Shown here: positions 18,613-27,247 of the stretch, piece by piece
How positions within the stretch are numbered: the stretch's first letter is position 1
Layout: each line of letters opens with the position of its first letter
Assembly: GCF_000284455.1 (NCBI RefSeq)
Contig: NC_017039.1
Location: forward strand, 3,270,001 to 3,302,000
Reading direction: 5' to 3'
Length of the DNA: 32,000 nucleotides
DNA from: Synechocystis sp. PCC 6803 substr. PCC-P
GTDB lineage: Bacteria; Cyanobacteriota; Cyanobacteriia; Cyanobacteriales; Microcystaceae
Program-made: the position numbers and the translations under genes
Notes under the pieces: model-generated
The model's database searches: none
What the model was told of the DNA's origin: nothing
What the model saw: the letters and a program-made list of their open reading frames with translations, nothing else

Positions 18613-18923
18613 ATTAAGATTTTCGTACCCAGTATGTTTTTAGAACCTATTTCCTATATCTAGGATGCTCTGTCTACAGGAGGATGACAACCCCCCCCAG
18701 TAAAACTTTAGAAAAAATTTTAGGTAGGCTAGGACAAGACAACCGGGGATAAATCTTAAATCTATTTCTGAGAAGGTTTCAGTGACTGTTGGTTCTAACC
18801 GTCTCGATCTTCGCTATGGGAATCGTTATAGGATGGTTGGGGAAAAATCCCCATTCCCCATTAATTACAGTGGTGATTTTAGTCAGAAACCTTTGGCCAT
18901 AGAGGGTAGAATTGCTAAATTTG

Positions 18924-19793
18924 ATGGAAGCCAAGATCGAACAACGGCAATGGTGGGTGGATCGATGGTTAGAGCTATTAGATTCCTACCGATTTAAAAA
19001 GCGCCTCGAGCGGGCGAGGAATTATGCCAGGGAGGGCAATGTCCTTAGTTTGCAGTTTGTTGAGAGTAAGCTAACTGCCCTGGTGCAGGGCACAGAGGTG
19101 GACCCCTATCAAGTCACCCTGGGGTTGGATTGCTTCAGTGATGAGGATTGGCATTATGTGGTGGCAACCCTAGCGCAACAGGCCCTATACGCAGCCCAGT
19201 TGCTCGGTGGAGCCATGCCCCCCAGCATTGAGCAGGTATTTGTGCAAAATGGTTTAAATTTGTTCCCCTTCACTTTGGGGGAGGTGCATTCCCGCTGTAG
19301 CTGTCCAGACAAAGCCAATCCCTGCAAGCATATCGGTGCGGTGTACTATCAGTTGGCAGACCATTTTCAAGAAGATCCGTTTGTAATTTTTCGTTTGCGG
19401 GGTCGGAGCCGGAGTGAGTTGCTAGAGCAGTTGAGTTGTTATCGACAGCTTAGTCCAGCCCAGTTGGCCACCTATGATCCAGATCTTTGGAGTGACTCAA
19501 TGGCGATCGCCATTGATATTGATGTGGAGGAAGGGACAACAATTGCCAAGCCCCAAAAAGAAACCAAAGCAGAGCAACAGCAAGCTATCAAAGAATTTTG
19601 GCAGTATGGGGGGGAATTGGTGCCGGAATTGACGGCGATCGCCCCACCGGACAACCCACTGCAACAGATTGAACGCCTGGGAGATCTGCCTTTGAATTAC
19701 GAAGTGGCCAGGGAAATTAAACAGGCATTAACGCAAATCTATCAGGCCGCTAGCCAAGCTGCCCTAGGACAAATGGTGGGGACCAGCGAATAG
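18924..19793 (+). CDS. SWIM zinc-finger domain protein
   Basis: It carries the CxCx(n)CxH SWIM signature CSCPDKANPCKH. I prefer the ATG at 18924 over the track's TTG at 18912. Confidence 0.75.
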   Translation: MEAKIEQRQWWVDRWLELLDSYRFKKRLERARNYAREGNVLSLQFVESKLTALVQGTEVDPYQVTLGLDCFSDEDWHYVVATLAQQALYAAQLLGGAMPPSIEQVFVQNGLNLFPFTLGEVHSRCSCPDKANPCKHIGAVYYQLADHFQEDPFVIFRLRGRSRSELLEQLSCYRQLSPAQLATYDPDLWSDSMAIAIDIDVEEGTTIAKPQKETKAEQQQAIKEFWQYGGELVPELTAIAPPDNPLQQIERLGDLPLNYEVAREIKQALTQIYQAASQAALGQMVGTSE

Positions 19794-19830
19794 CCAGCCT
19801 AAACCTAGGAGAAAAAAGAGAAAGTTTTAA

Positions 19831-19916
19831 TGGGGGTGGAGAGACTCGAACTCTCACGAGCTTATAAGGCTCAACGGATTTTAAATCCGCAGCGTCTACC
19901 ATTCCGCCACACCCCC
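19831..19916 (-). tRNA. trnL: tRNA-Leu (anticodon UAA), uninterrupted, no encoded CCA
   Basis: The reverse complement reads GGGGGTG-TG-GCGGAATGGTAGACGC-TGCGGATTTAAAATCCGT-TGAGCCTTATAAGCTCGT-GAGAGTTCGAGTCTCTC-CACCCCC-A. That gives a 7-bp acceptor stem, an anticodon loop TTTAAAA (anticodon TAA), the long variable arm typical of Leu, and a TTCGAGT T-loop. Confidence 0.9.
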
Positions 19917-20003
19917 AACAATTGGGGTTCACCGATTCCTCGGCGATTAAGCATCATACCACAGAAAGTTTCCCCCACCAGTTTGGCAAGATTTCCAGCC
20001 CAG

Positions 20004-20711
20004 CTAACGTTGCTGGGGTTGCCACTCCAGATAAACTCCAAAGCGACTTTCCCGGTAGGCGGGGGAATTTTGCCGTTGTACATCTGTGGCAATGCGCCAT
20101 TGGGGAGTCAACGCATAGCCCACGGAAAGGGTGCTAACGCCCACTTCTGCTGTGCCCCCAGGAGCAACAAAATTTTGGCTGAAGCTGATGTCCGCCGCTC
20201 CGGTGCGGGAAAGGGCCAAGACCACTTTGCCCCCCACATTAAACCCCTCACTGTGGTAATCATTTTGGGCGATCGCCCGGTAACCAAGCAGGGGAGTGAC
20301 ATTGACGTACCAACCCAGAGGCAAGAGATAGTATTGCAGATTCGCCCCGCCCCCCTGTTGTCCAGCAAAATTGGTGTAATAGTCACCGCTCACACTCAAA
20401 GGGGATTGGCCAACAAATAAGTCTTCCACGCCGATCGCCGCCCCACTGGATTGGTCATCGTCGGGAAAATAGTTATAACCCAAGCGCACCCTCGTTAAAA
20501 AAGCTGGATCATTGTTATTTTGCTCAAATAAATCGGGGGTTTCCTCCCACCACCGTTGCAAAGTAGGACTACTTTCCACCATGGCAGGCTCCAAATCTAA
20601 CGGGTTTTCCCCCGGCTCCTGGGCCCCTACACTCCCTACACTGGCGATCGCCGAAAAAATAACCAAGCTAGAAGGTAACAAACTCAGCCAACCACGAAAA
20701 ATCACAGTCAT
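20004..20711 (-). CDS. Putative outer-membrane beta-barrel protein
   Basis: 235 aa with the signal peptide MTVIFRGWLSLLPSSLVIFSAIASVGSVGA|QE. The mature part shows alternating hydrophobic/polar strands rich in G, Y and N. No family recognised. Confidence 0.5.
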   Translation of the reverse strand: MTVIFRGWLSLLPSSLVIFSAIASVGSVGAQEPGENPLDLEPAMVESSPTLQRWWEETPDLFEQNNNDPAFLTRVRLGYNYFPDDDQSSGAAIGVEDLFVGQSPLSVSGDYYTNFAGQQGGGANLQYYLLPLGWYVNVTPLLGYRAIAQNDYHSEGFNVGGKVVLALSRTGAADISFSQNFVAPGGTAEVGVSTLSVGYALTPQWRIATDVQRQNSPAYRESRFGVYLEWQPQQR

Positions 20712-20904
20712 AACCCCTCTATCAACGGTTTTAACCCCAGAATCCGGTCACTGACCCCTGGGGAAGGCAAAAATTCTCTACCCACAAAGTCAAATAGTCC
20801 GAGACGGCAACTTGACAAGACAAGTTCCAAATAGCACTCTAAGTAAAAGCTAATTTCCTTATGACTCCCAACAGCCTGTCAAATTCTATTTCAGCGGACA
20901 AACT

Positions 20905-22332
20905 ATGATCCCACTGCTTTCCCCCATGATGTTGGCTCAAATCGTCACCGCCCCCATCCAGCCGATCGAAGCAGATTATATTGTGCAGCCGCAGGAAATA
21001 AGACCTTTGCCGGGGCAACTTGACCAAATACCCGTTTTTAACAGCAACAGTCCAGAAGTAGTAGAAGGGGAAGGAATTTTACTTTCCACCTTTCCCGCAG
21101 ACCGTAAATACTACCCCAACGCCCACCTCAACAAAGCCCTCAACGGTCGCTTTGACTTTTTCTCCCATCACATCGCCCGGCCAAGGGATTCCCGCACCCT
21201 TTACCAAGGAGTGTTAATGGGTAATCCCACCGACAGAACCATCACTGTCCGCATTCTCCAGGGTGGCAGTTACCTCACCGGCCCCGATGCCCCCTTTATT
21301 AACCTGGCCCCCAGCGTAGAAGATCCCCACGGACAATTCTTCTCTGGCCCTGGTTCTAAATTAATGAGTCAATTACTGCGGGGCAACACCCAAGCTGGCT
21401 TCCCCAGCCAAGTGATTATTCCCCCGGGGCAAACCAGATTGTTATTTTCCCTGGCCATCAATCGCAGCAGTGCCCGTTCCACTTACCTCCGACTCCAGAG
21501 CAATGGCCCTATTTACATGGCCAATCTGGCTATGTACGCTGTGCCAGAATACACCCCGGTGGTAGATACTGCCAGCGCCGGCGCTAACCTGCCTACCCCC
21601 AAAGTGACCTATCGCCCCCCTACGTTGGACAATTGGCAAGCAATGCTATATCGAGGTTATTTGGCCTACCCCAGAGACTTGGCCCCCACTCCGCCGGACC
21701 AAATCCGCCCCGGAGCACCCCGCACCCCCATTTATGGAAGGGTAGCCGGCATTTCCCAAGGGGCTTCTTGGCAAGCCACCCTGGTGGATAACCCCAAGGC
21801 TCAATTCCTCAGTATTCCCCAACGGGGCAGAGCTTTTTCCTATCCCCTCAGTACCGTCAGTGTGGGTACCTATGCCACCCAACAGGTACAGAGTGCCCCT
21901 ATGCTGGCCCGCTACCCTGATACCGCTTACCTCGCCCATGGCAACTACGGCGTTCATTACCAGTTGAAACTGCCCCTCAAAAATGTGACCAATAATAGAC
22001 AAAGCGTTTCCCTCACCCTGCAAACCCCGATCAAACAGGATCAATATAACGATCGCCTATTCTTTATGCGCCAACCCAGCGGGCAGATATTTTTCCGGGG
22101 CACCGTCAGGGTTAGTTATGTGGATGGAGACAACCAATCCCAGGAGCGCTTTTTTCACCTCACCCAACGGCGGGGAGAAATGAGCAATCCCCTCATCACT
22201 TTGAATATGCAACCGGGGGAACAACGGGAAGTGACGGTGGATTTGATGTATCCCCCCGATGCTACTCCTCCCCAGGTGTTGACAGTCAAAACAGAGGAGC
22301 TTTATTACGGCAGTTTTTCTTCCCCTAGGTAA
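20905..22332 (+). CDS. Conserved cyanobacterial hypothetical protein (475 aa; possibly DUF3370 family, from memory)
   Basis: Long ORF with normal codon usage and no catalytic motif that I recognise. The family assignment is recollection only. Confidence 0.6.
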   Translation: MIPLLSPMMLAQIVTAPIQPIEADYIVQPQEIRPLPGQLDQIPVFNSNSPEVVEGEGILLSTFPADRKYYPNAHLNKALNGRFDFFSHHIARPRDSRTLYQGVLMGNPTDRTITVRILQGGSYLTGPDAPFINLAPSVEDPHGQFFSGPGSKLMSQLLRGNTQAGFPSQVIIPPGQTRLLFSLAINRSSARSTYLRLQSNGPIYMANLAMYAVPEYTPVVDTASAGANLPTPKVTYRPPTLDNWQAMLYRGYLAYPRDLAPTPPDQIRPGAPRTPIYGRVAGISQGASWQATLVDNPKAQFLSIPQRGRAFSYPLSTVSVGTYATQQVQSAPMLARYPDTAYLAHGNYGVHYQLKLPLKNVTNNRQSVSLTLQTPIKQDQYNDRLFFMRQPSGQIFFRGTVRVSYVDGDNQSQERFFHLTQRRGEMSNPLITLNMQPGEQREVTVDLMYPPDATPPQVLTVKTEELYYGSFSSPR

Positions 22333-23077
22333 GTACAGAGACTCCGGCGGGGGAAAGGGTAACAGGTTTCTCCGCCACAACTTTCTTCTCTTCCAAAATA
22401 GACGAGTTAAAACGGTAGCCCACATTTCGCACAGTCTGAATTAGACTGGGTTGCCTGGGGTCTGTCTCAATTTTTTTCCGGAGGGAAAGGACGTGGGTGT
22501 CGATGGTGCGGGGATTGTCGATCGCCTCGGGCCAGGCCCGGCGGAGTAGCTCTGTGCGGCTGAGGGCACTACCTTCCGCTTGGGTCAGCACGTAGAGCAA
22601 ACTGAATTCCTGGGGGGTGAGGTCGACAAAATTGCCCTGATATTCCACTCGACGCTGTACCAAATCAATTTTTAGTACTCCATAATCCAACAACAAAGGG
22701 GCGGCCACAGTGCGGACCCGGCGAATTAGACATTCTATGCGGGCTAAAAATTCCTGCATGCCAAAGGGCTTGGTTAGATAATCATCAGCCCCAGCCTTTA
22801 ACCCATGGACAATGTCTTTTTCTGTGTCCTTGGCGGAAAGAATAAAAATCATTGACTGGTGCTGTTGATATAACCAACGGCAAAGCTCAATGCCATCCCC
22901 ATCAGTAAGGTCAGAATCAATCACGGCCAGGGTGGGCAATTGGTTATTAAATGCCTGGCGGGCTTGGTGGAAACCGCTACATTGTTGGACAAGGTAGCCG
23001 CTCTGCTGGAGGTGCCAGCTCAATAGAGAGCGGAGATGGGGGTTACCCTCTACGACTGATATGTAGACTGGATTCAC
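22325..23077 (-). CDS. rre37: OmpR-family response regulator (receiver + winged-helix)
   Basis: 250 aa with a GTG start. The receiver has the phospho-acceptor context LAVIDSDL, SA in FILSAKD and K in LTKPF. The C-terminal winged helix has LTPQEFSLLYVL...VGYRF. From memory this matches sll1330 (Rre37). Confidence 0.85.
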   Translation of the reverse strand: MNPVYISVVEGNPHLRSLLSWHLQQSGYLVQQCSGFHQARQAFNNQLPTLAVIDSDLTDGDGIELCRWLYQQHQSMIFILSAKDTEKDIVHGLKAGADDYLTKPFGMQEFLARIECLIRRVRTVAAPLLLDYGVLKIDLVQRRVEYQGNFVDLTPQEFSLLYVLTQAEGSALSRTELLRRAWPEAIDNPRTIDTHVLSLRKKIETDPRQPSLIQTVRNVGYRFNSSILEEKKVVAEKPVTLSPAGVSVLT

Positions 23078-23109
23078 CGATCTAGACCCCTGACTGAAAG
23101 TTCCCTGTT

Positions 23110-23151
23110 AATCTAACAAAGTCAATGTCAAGGCTTTGTAACAACAGTTAC
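23110..23151 (-). promoter_or_regulatory. NtcA-type (class II activator) promoter upstream of rre37
   Basis: GTAACAACAGTTAC at 23138-23151 is a perfect GTA-N8-TAC palindrome. Exactly 22 nt downstream on the minus strand is TAGATT (plus-strand AATCTA, 23110-23115), which fits the TAN3T -10 box. The -10 box lies about 33 nt upstream of the GTG start. Confidence 0.6.
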
Positions 23152-23406
23152 CTGCATGGGGGGGCAAATCTTCAAAAAATATAAAGAATTTGCTCGCCAT
23201 AATGTTAATTGTTCGTACCATTTCCGTCGCTCAACGGTTAACTTTTGTCAGACCAATGGGCCATGAAAAAATTTGAAAATCCCTTAGCAAGGTTTTGGTG
23301 TAGAGCACAAATTTACCCAATCAAGCTCCCTCAATACCAGGAGACTTTGATGTTCGCCCCAAATCTGGGGAGTCTGGGTGCTTTAAAAATCTATTCCGGG
23401 TCATCT

Positions 23407-24213
23407 TCACTGCGCTGCTAAGACTAGGGGTTTGAATTGTTCCATAAGTTCCCTGCGACTGGCGGTAATGCAGGGATAGGGGCGATCGCCATAGTCTTCT
23501 CCTATCGTAAGCGGAAACAATGGTTCGGGGCGGAGGCAAAGAAATTCCCCTCCGGCGGCCAACAGGATTGGCCAGGCTCCAGCAATGTCCCAAATTTTTG
23601 GTGTTTTTTCCGTTCCCCCGAGGGCAGCCCCTAGGGCCACCAGGGCCAGATTGTAACTACTAACCCCAATGAGCCTCAATTTACAGGGAAAGGGATTGGT
23701 TAAAATTCCGGCGCTACGGGCACAAAGATTAAACAAATGATTTTGACTAGGCTCGGCGTCACTAACCTGGATTGGTTCCCCATTCAGAAAGGCCCCCTGG
23801 GGCCCGGTTAACCCAGAATTTTCTAGCCAATAGCCCCAAAAGGATTGCTGTAGTAAAGGAAAATGGAGAAAACCAAACACTGGTGTGCCCCGGTAGAGTA
23901 GGCCAAGGGAAATGCCCCAGATGGGAATGCCCCTGGCGAAATTGGTGGTGCCATCAATGGGATCGACAATCCAACACCAGTCATTAGCAGGAAAAATGTG
24001 GGCGGTTTCCTCCGTCAGCACTCCATGGTCGGGAAATTGGACGGCAATACGTTGGCGCAATTCCTGGTCAGACCATTGATCGGCGGCGGTGACCAAACTA
24101 CCGTCGGCTTTGCGTTGGGCAGGGATTCTGGCGGATTGGGCCACCAACTCTGTGGCGATCGCCTTGGTGGTGGACTGACAAAAGCTCAAAACCTCTGGCC
24201 AAAAAGTCTCCAT
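23407..24213 (-). CDS. Inositol monophosphatase-family phosphatase (IMPase/SuhB/CysQ-like)
   Basis: Motifs seen are LTEET, WIVDPIDGTTNF and WDIAGAWPIL. The ORF is open to 24270; I prefer the Met at 24213 (METFWPEVL), giving 268 aa. Confidence 0.85.
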   Translation of the reverse strand: METFWPEVLSFCQSTTKAIATELVAQSARIPAQRKADGSLVTAADQWSDQELRQRIAVQFPDHGVLTEETAHIFPANDWCWIVDPIDGTTNFARGIPIWGISLGLLYRGTPVFGFLHFPLLQQSFWGYWLENSGLTGPQGAFLNGEPIQVSDAEPSQNHLFNLCARSAGILTNPFPCKLRLIGVSSYNLALVALGAALGGTEKTPKIWDIAGAWPILLAAGGEFLCLRPEPLFPLTIGEDYGDRPYPCITASRRELMEQFKPLVLAAQ

Positions 24214-24288
24214 GTCGAATCTTGATATAGTAAATAGACTGCCTGACAAGGGCAATATGGCCATCATCACACATCGCAGGAATTTGCT

Positions 24289-25074
24289 GTGACCCAGGTT
24301 TGGTTTCCCTCCAAAAAATCGGCTACGTCGGTGAAATCAACCGGTCAGTTTTTGCCCCTTTCCCCCAAGGAAATTACAGCCCTGGCCCTTCGTTTGACTG
24401 AGTATCGCTGGCTATACCGTTGGGGCCCCTGGAGTGGGGGGGCTTTTTTGGTGACTATGCTCTGGGCAACGGAATGGCGACTGATGCTTGCCACGGGCCT
24501 GGGGGTAGGTAGTATGCGGTTGGTCTATTGGCTTTTGACCCATCACCAGGAACTCCAAGCCAAACAGTGGCACCAGTTTTTTTCTGGACCCCAGGGTCGA
24601 TTGACCATTGCCGGTGGTGGAGGTGGTTTAACTGCGGTCGGCACCTATATGGCCACCATGGTGTGGTCGGAAGTGGAAAATCCTTGGTTGGCCACGGGCA
24701 TTATTTTGCAGGGTTTGGGTTCCCTCGCTACAGTAGGATTATTGCTCTGGCAACGGCGAAAAGTGGCTGCTCCCAAATTACTCACTGCCCCAGTTTCCGA
24801 TTTTGACCGTTGTTTGCATTACCTGGCCCATGGCGATCGCCTGCAGAAATTAATTGCCCTGCGTCAGTTACAACAATGGCAAAATCAGCCCAGTCCAGAC
24901 TCTCCGAACCCGAGAGAACTGGCCTTATACCTCCAAGCTTTTTTAGACATTGAACAGGACCTAGCCCTACAACGGGTAGCGTTGCATTTGCTCCAGCAGT
25001 GCGGACAATCTCCCATCCGCCAAGAACCTTTATCCATTCCCCAACGACAAAAACAACGGCAAGCGATTGAATGA
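24289..25074 (+). CDS. Hypothetical membrane protein (about 4 predicted TM helices)
   Basis: 261 aa with a GTG start. Hydrophobic segments include GGAFLVTMLWA, LMLATGLGVGSMRLVYWLL, LTAVGTYMATMVW and IILQGLGSLATVGLLLW. The C-terminal region is soluble and Gln-rich. Confidence 0.55.
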   Translation: MTQVWFPSKKSATSVKSTGQFLPLSPKEITALALRLTEYRWLYRWGPWSGGAFLVTMLWATEWRLMLATGLGVGSMRLVYWLLTHHQELQAKQWHQFFSGPQGRLTIAGGGGGLTAVGTYMATMVWSEVENPWLATGIILQGLGSLATVGLLLWQRRKVAAPKLLTAPVSDFDRCLHYLAHGDRLQKLIALRQLQQWQNQPSPDSPNPRELALYLQAFLDIEQDLALQRVALHLLQQCGQSPIRQEPLSIPQRQKQRQAIE

Positions 25075-25138
25075 TGCGGCTCCCACCGGTTGAGTTGTGC
25101 GGGTAACAATTCAGCCATTACTGTTAACTTCTTAGTCC

Positions 25139-25924
25139 TTATTTCAAGGGCCACCAGTTAACCTTTTCCCGGGTGGCACTGTAAACTTCCTTGAGTCCTT
25201 CCGGGGCCAGAATTTGAATTAAGTCTTCTTTTTCTCCCTTGGGAATGGCAATCAGATGGTGTTTTTGCATACCCTTCAGCACCTGCTCCACCGTTCTTTG
25301 ATTGAGCTGGCAAGCCCTGGCGATCATATCAATGGGCAAATCGAAAATATAATTCCCCTGGCGATCGGGTTGGTTGCCCAGTTCTCTTTCTTGATAAATC
25401 AACGCCCGCAGTAAACTCGCCACCGCTTGGGGAGGGTAGGTACTGCAATTGAGCAGATGATATTCAAATTTTTGTTGTAATTCAAATAGAAAACGATACC
25501 GTTCCCGAAAAATTTCGCTATTTTCATAAATTTGCTCAACAGTAGCGAGGGGAATTTTAATGACGTGGGTGGTCTTATAAACCTCGACAGAACAAGGAAA
25601 AGATTTACTGGCCAAACCATAGCTAAAGGGCAAACTGCGCCAACCAAAGCAACTGCCAGCATAGTTAATGGCAATGATGCGGTCCAGAGGAGTGCTACGG
25701 GTGATGACGACACCATCATCCAACATCACATAAAGATTATCCAGGGTTTGATCCGGCAGAAATGCAGTGTAAATGGGTCGATTGGAAAACAGTTTTTCGA
25801 TTTTAAGTTCTGCTGAAGCAAGATAATCCGCCACCAAGGGGAGATCCATGCCCCGAAAAAGATAGCTTTCTTGCACTAATCGTTCCGGCAGGGCAGGGGA
25901 TAAAGCAGGCGATCGTTTAGCCAT
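25139..25924 (-). CDS. Crp/Fnr-family transcription regulator-like protein (cNMP-binding-like domain + C-terminal HTH)
   Basis: The N-terminal part, YLFRGMDLPLVADYL...LYVMLDDGVVI...GSCFGWRSL...HVIKIPLATVEQIY, fits the cNMP-binding beta-roll pattern. The C-terminal LPIDMIARACQLNQRTVEQVLKGMQKHHLIAI fits the Crp HTH. The track ORF starts at TTG 25981; I prefer the ATG at 25924. Confidence 0.65.
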   Translation of the reverse strand: MAKRSPALSPALPERLVQESYLFRGMDLPLVADYLASAELKIEKLFSNRPIYTAFLPDQTLDNLYVMLDDGVVITRSTPLDRIIAINYAGSCFGWRSLPFSYGLASKSFPCSVEVYKTTHVIKIPLATVEQIYENSEIFRERYRFLFELQQKFEYHLLNCSTYPPQAVASLLRALIYQERELGNQPDRQGNYIFDLPIDMIARACQLNQRTVEQVLKGMQKHHLIAIPKGEKEDLIQILAPEGLKEVYSATREKVNWWPLK

Positions 25925-26152
25925 AGAACTCAGAGATAACGTCCAGTGCCCCAGTTCACGGTCGGGCAAACCCCAGCTCAATCATGACACAGACCGAATC
26001 CCGACAGAACGGAGAATTCACACGAATAACAAAACATTAACGATGCGAGCAAAATATTTTTATGTGCATTTTAAAAATAAATTGCAAAACATTTCAAATT
26101 CAACTATGATTTATCGAGATTACACACAGGTCACAATTTCAAGGAGTTAACG

Positions 26153-27211
26153 ATGGCTCGATCTGCTTTTGGCTGGGGATTTTCGGTGATCGCCGTTTTG
26201 ATGGTGGGCAGTATCACCGCTTGCAACACCACCACCACCACCGAGCCAGGGCAAGGGGAAAATGCTAGCCAGGCCCCCGCTAATTTGACCTTGGTCAGCT
26301 ACGCCGTTACCAGGGATGCCTTTGAAAAAATCATTCCCAAATTCACCGAAGAATGGAAAAGCAAAACCGGTCAAGATGTCACCTTTGAGCAAAGCTATGG
26401 CGGTTCCGGCAGTCAAACTAGGGCCGTGGTGGATGGTCTAGAAGCGGATATTGTTGCCTTAGCCCTCAGTTCCGACGTGCAAAAAATTGAAAGTGCAGGG
26501 CTGATTCAGCCGGGGTGGGAACAGGAAGCCCCCAATGGATCGATTGTGACTAACTCGGTCATCGCCTTTGTGACCAAAGCATCGGACAACATCAAAGTAG
26601 AAAAATGGGCAGATTTGGCCAACCCTGAAGTCAAAGTGATTACCGCCAACCCAAAAACTTCCGGGGGGGCTCGCTGGAATTTCCTCGGCATTTGGGGTTC
26701 GGTAACCAAAACCGGAGGCACAGAAGAACAAGCCTTTGATTTTGCTGGTAAGGTTTTAGCTAATGCTCCAGTATTACCAAAGGATGCGCGGGAGTCCACC
26801 GATGTTTTTTATAAACAGGGTCAGGGCAACGTTTTGCTCAATTATGAAAACGAAGTGCTATTAGCCAAGCAAAAAGGGGAAAATCAACCCTATATCATTC
26901 CCCAGGATTTCAATGTTTCCATTAGCGGCCCTGTCGCTGTTGTGGATACTACCGTGGACAAAAAAGGTACCAGGGAAGTAGCTGACGCCTTTGTGCAATA
27001 TTTGTTCACCCCAGAAGCACAACAAATTTTTGCTGAAACCGGATTCCGCCCTGTGAATGAAGAAGTTTTGGCTAAGTTTGCTAGCCAATATCCCAAAGTT
27101 GAGAATTTAGCCACCATTGAAGAGTTCGGCGGTTGGAAAAAAGCCCAAGCAGAATTCTTTGATGAAGGGGGTATTTTCGACAAAGTTATTACCAAAATTG
27201 GTAGGCAATAA
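26153..27211 (+). CDS. sbpA: Sulfate/thiosulfate-binding periplasmic lipoprotein
   Basis: 352 aa with a signal peptide and lipobox (VGSITAC|N). It resembles sulfate-binding proteins along its length (SYGGSGSQTRAV, NPKTSGGARWN) and heads a cysTWA cluster. Confidence 0.9.
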   Translation: MARSAFGWGFSVIAVLMVGSITACNTTTTTEPGQGENASQAPANLTLVSYAVTRDAFEKIIPKFTEEWKSKTGQDVTFEQSYGGSGSQTRAVVDGLEADIVALALSSDVQKIESAGLIQPGWEQEAPNGSIVTNSVIAFVTKASDNIKVEKWADLANPEVKVITANPKTSGGARWNFLGIWGSVTKTGGTEEQAFDFAGKVLANAPVLPKDARESTDVFYKQGQGNVLLNYENEVLLAKQKGENQPYIIPQDFNVSISGPVAVVDTTVDKKGTREVADAFVQYLFTPEAQQIFAETGFRPVNEEVLAKFASQYPKVENLATIEEFGGWKKAQAEFFDEGGIFDKVITKIGRQ

Positions 27212-27247
27212 CAATTCCAAGCAGTTTTGATTGAAGCTAATTAACCC

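Noticed and set aside
18782-18997. A 71-aa ORF upstream of and overlapping the SWIM gene start.
   Set aside because: It overlaps the better-supported SWIM-domain ORF in another frame. It has no motif, and its start sits in the divergent promoter region.
23321-23593. A 90-aa minus-strand ORF spanning the IMPase 3' end and the rre37 upstream region.
   Set aside because: It is out of frame with, and largely inside, the motif-supported IMPase gene. Its composition is Arg/Ser/Pro-rich, as expected for a shadow ORF.
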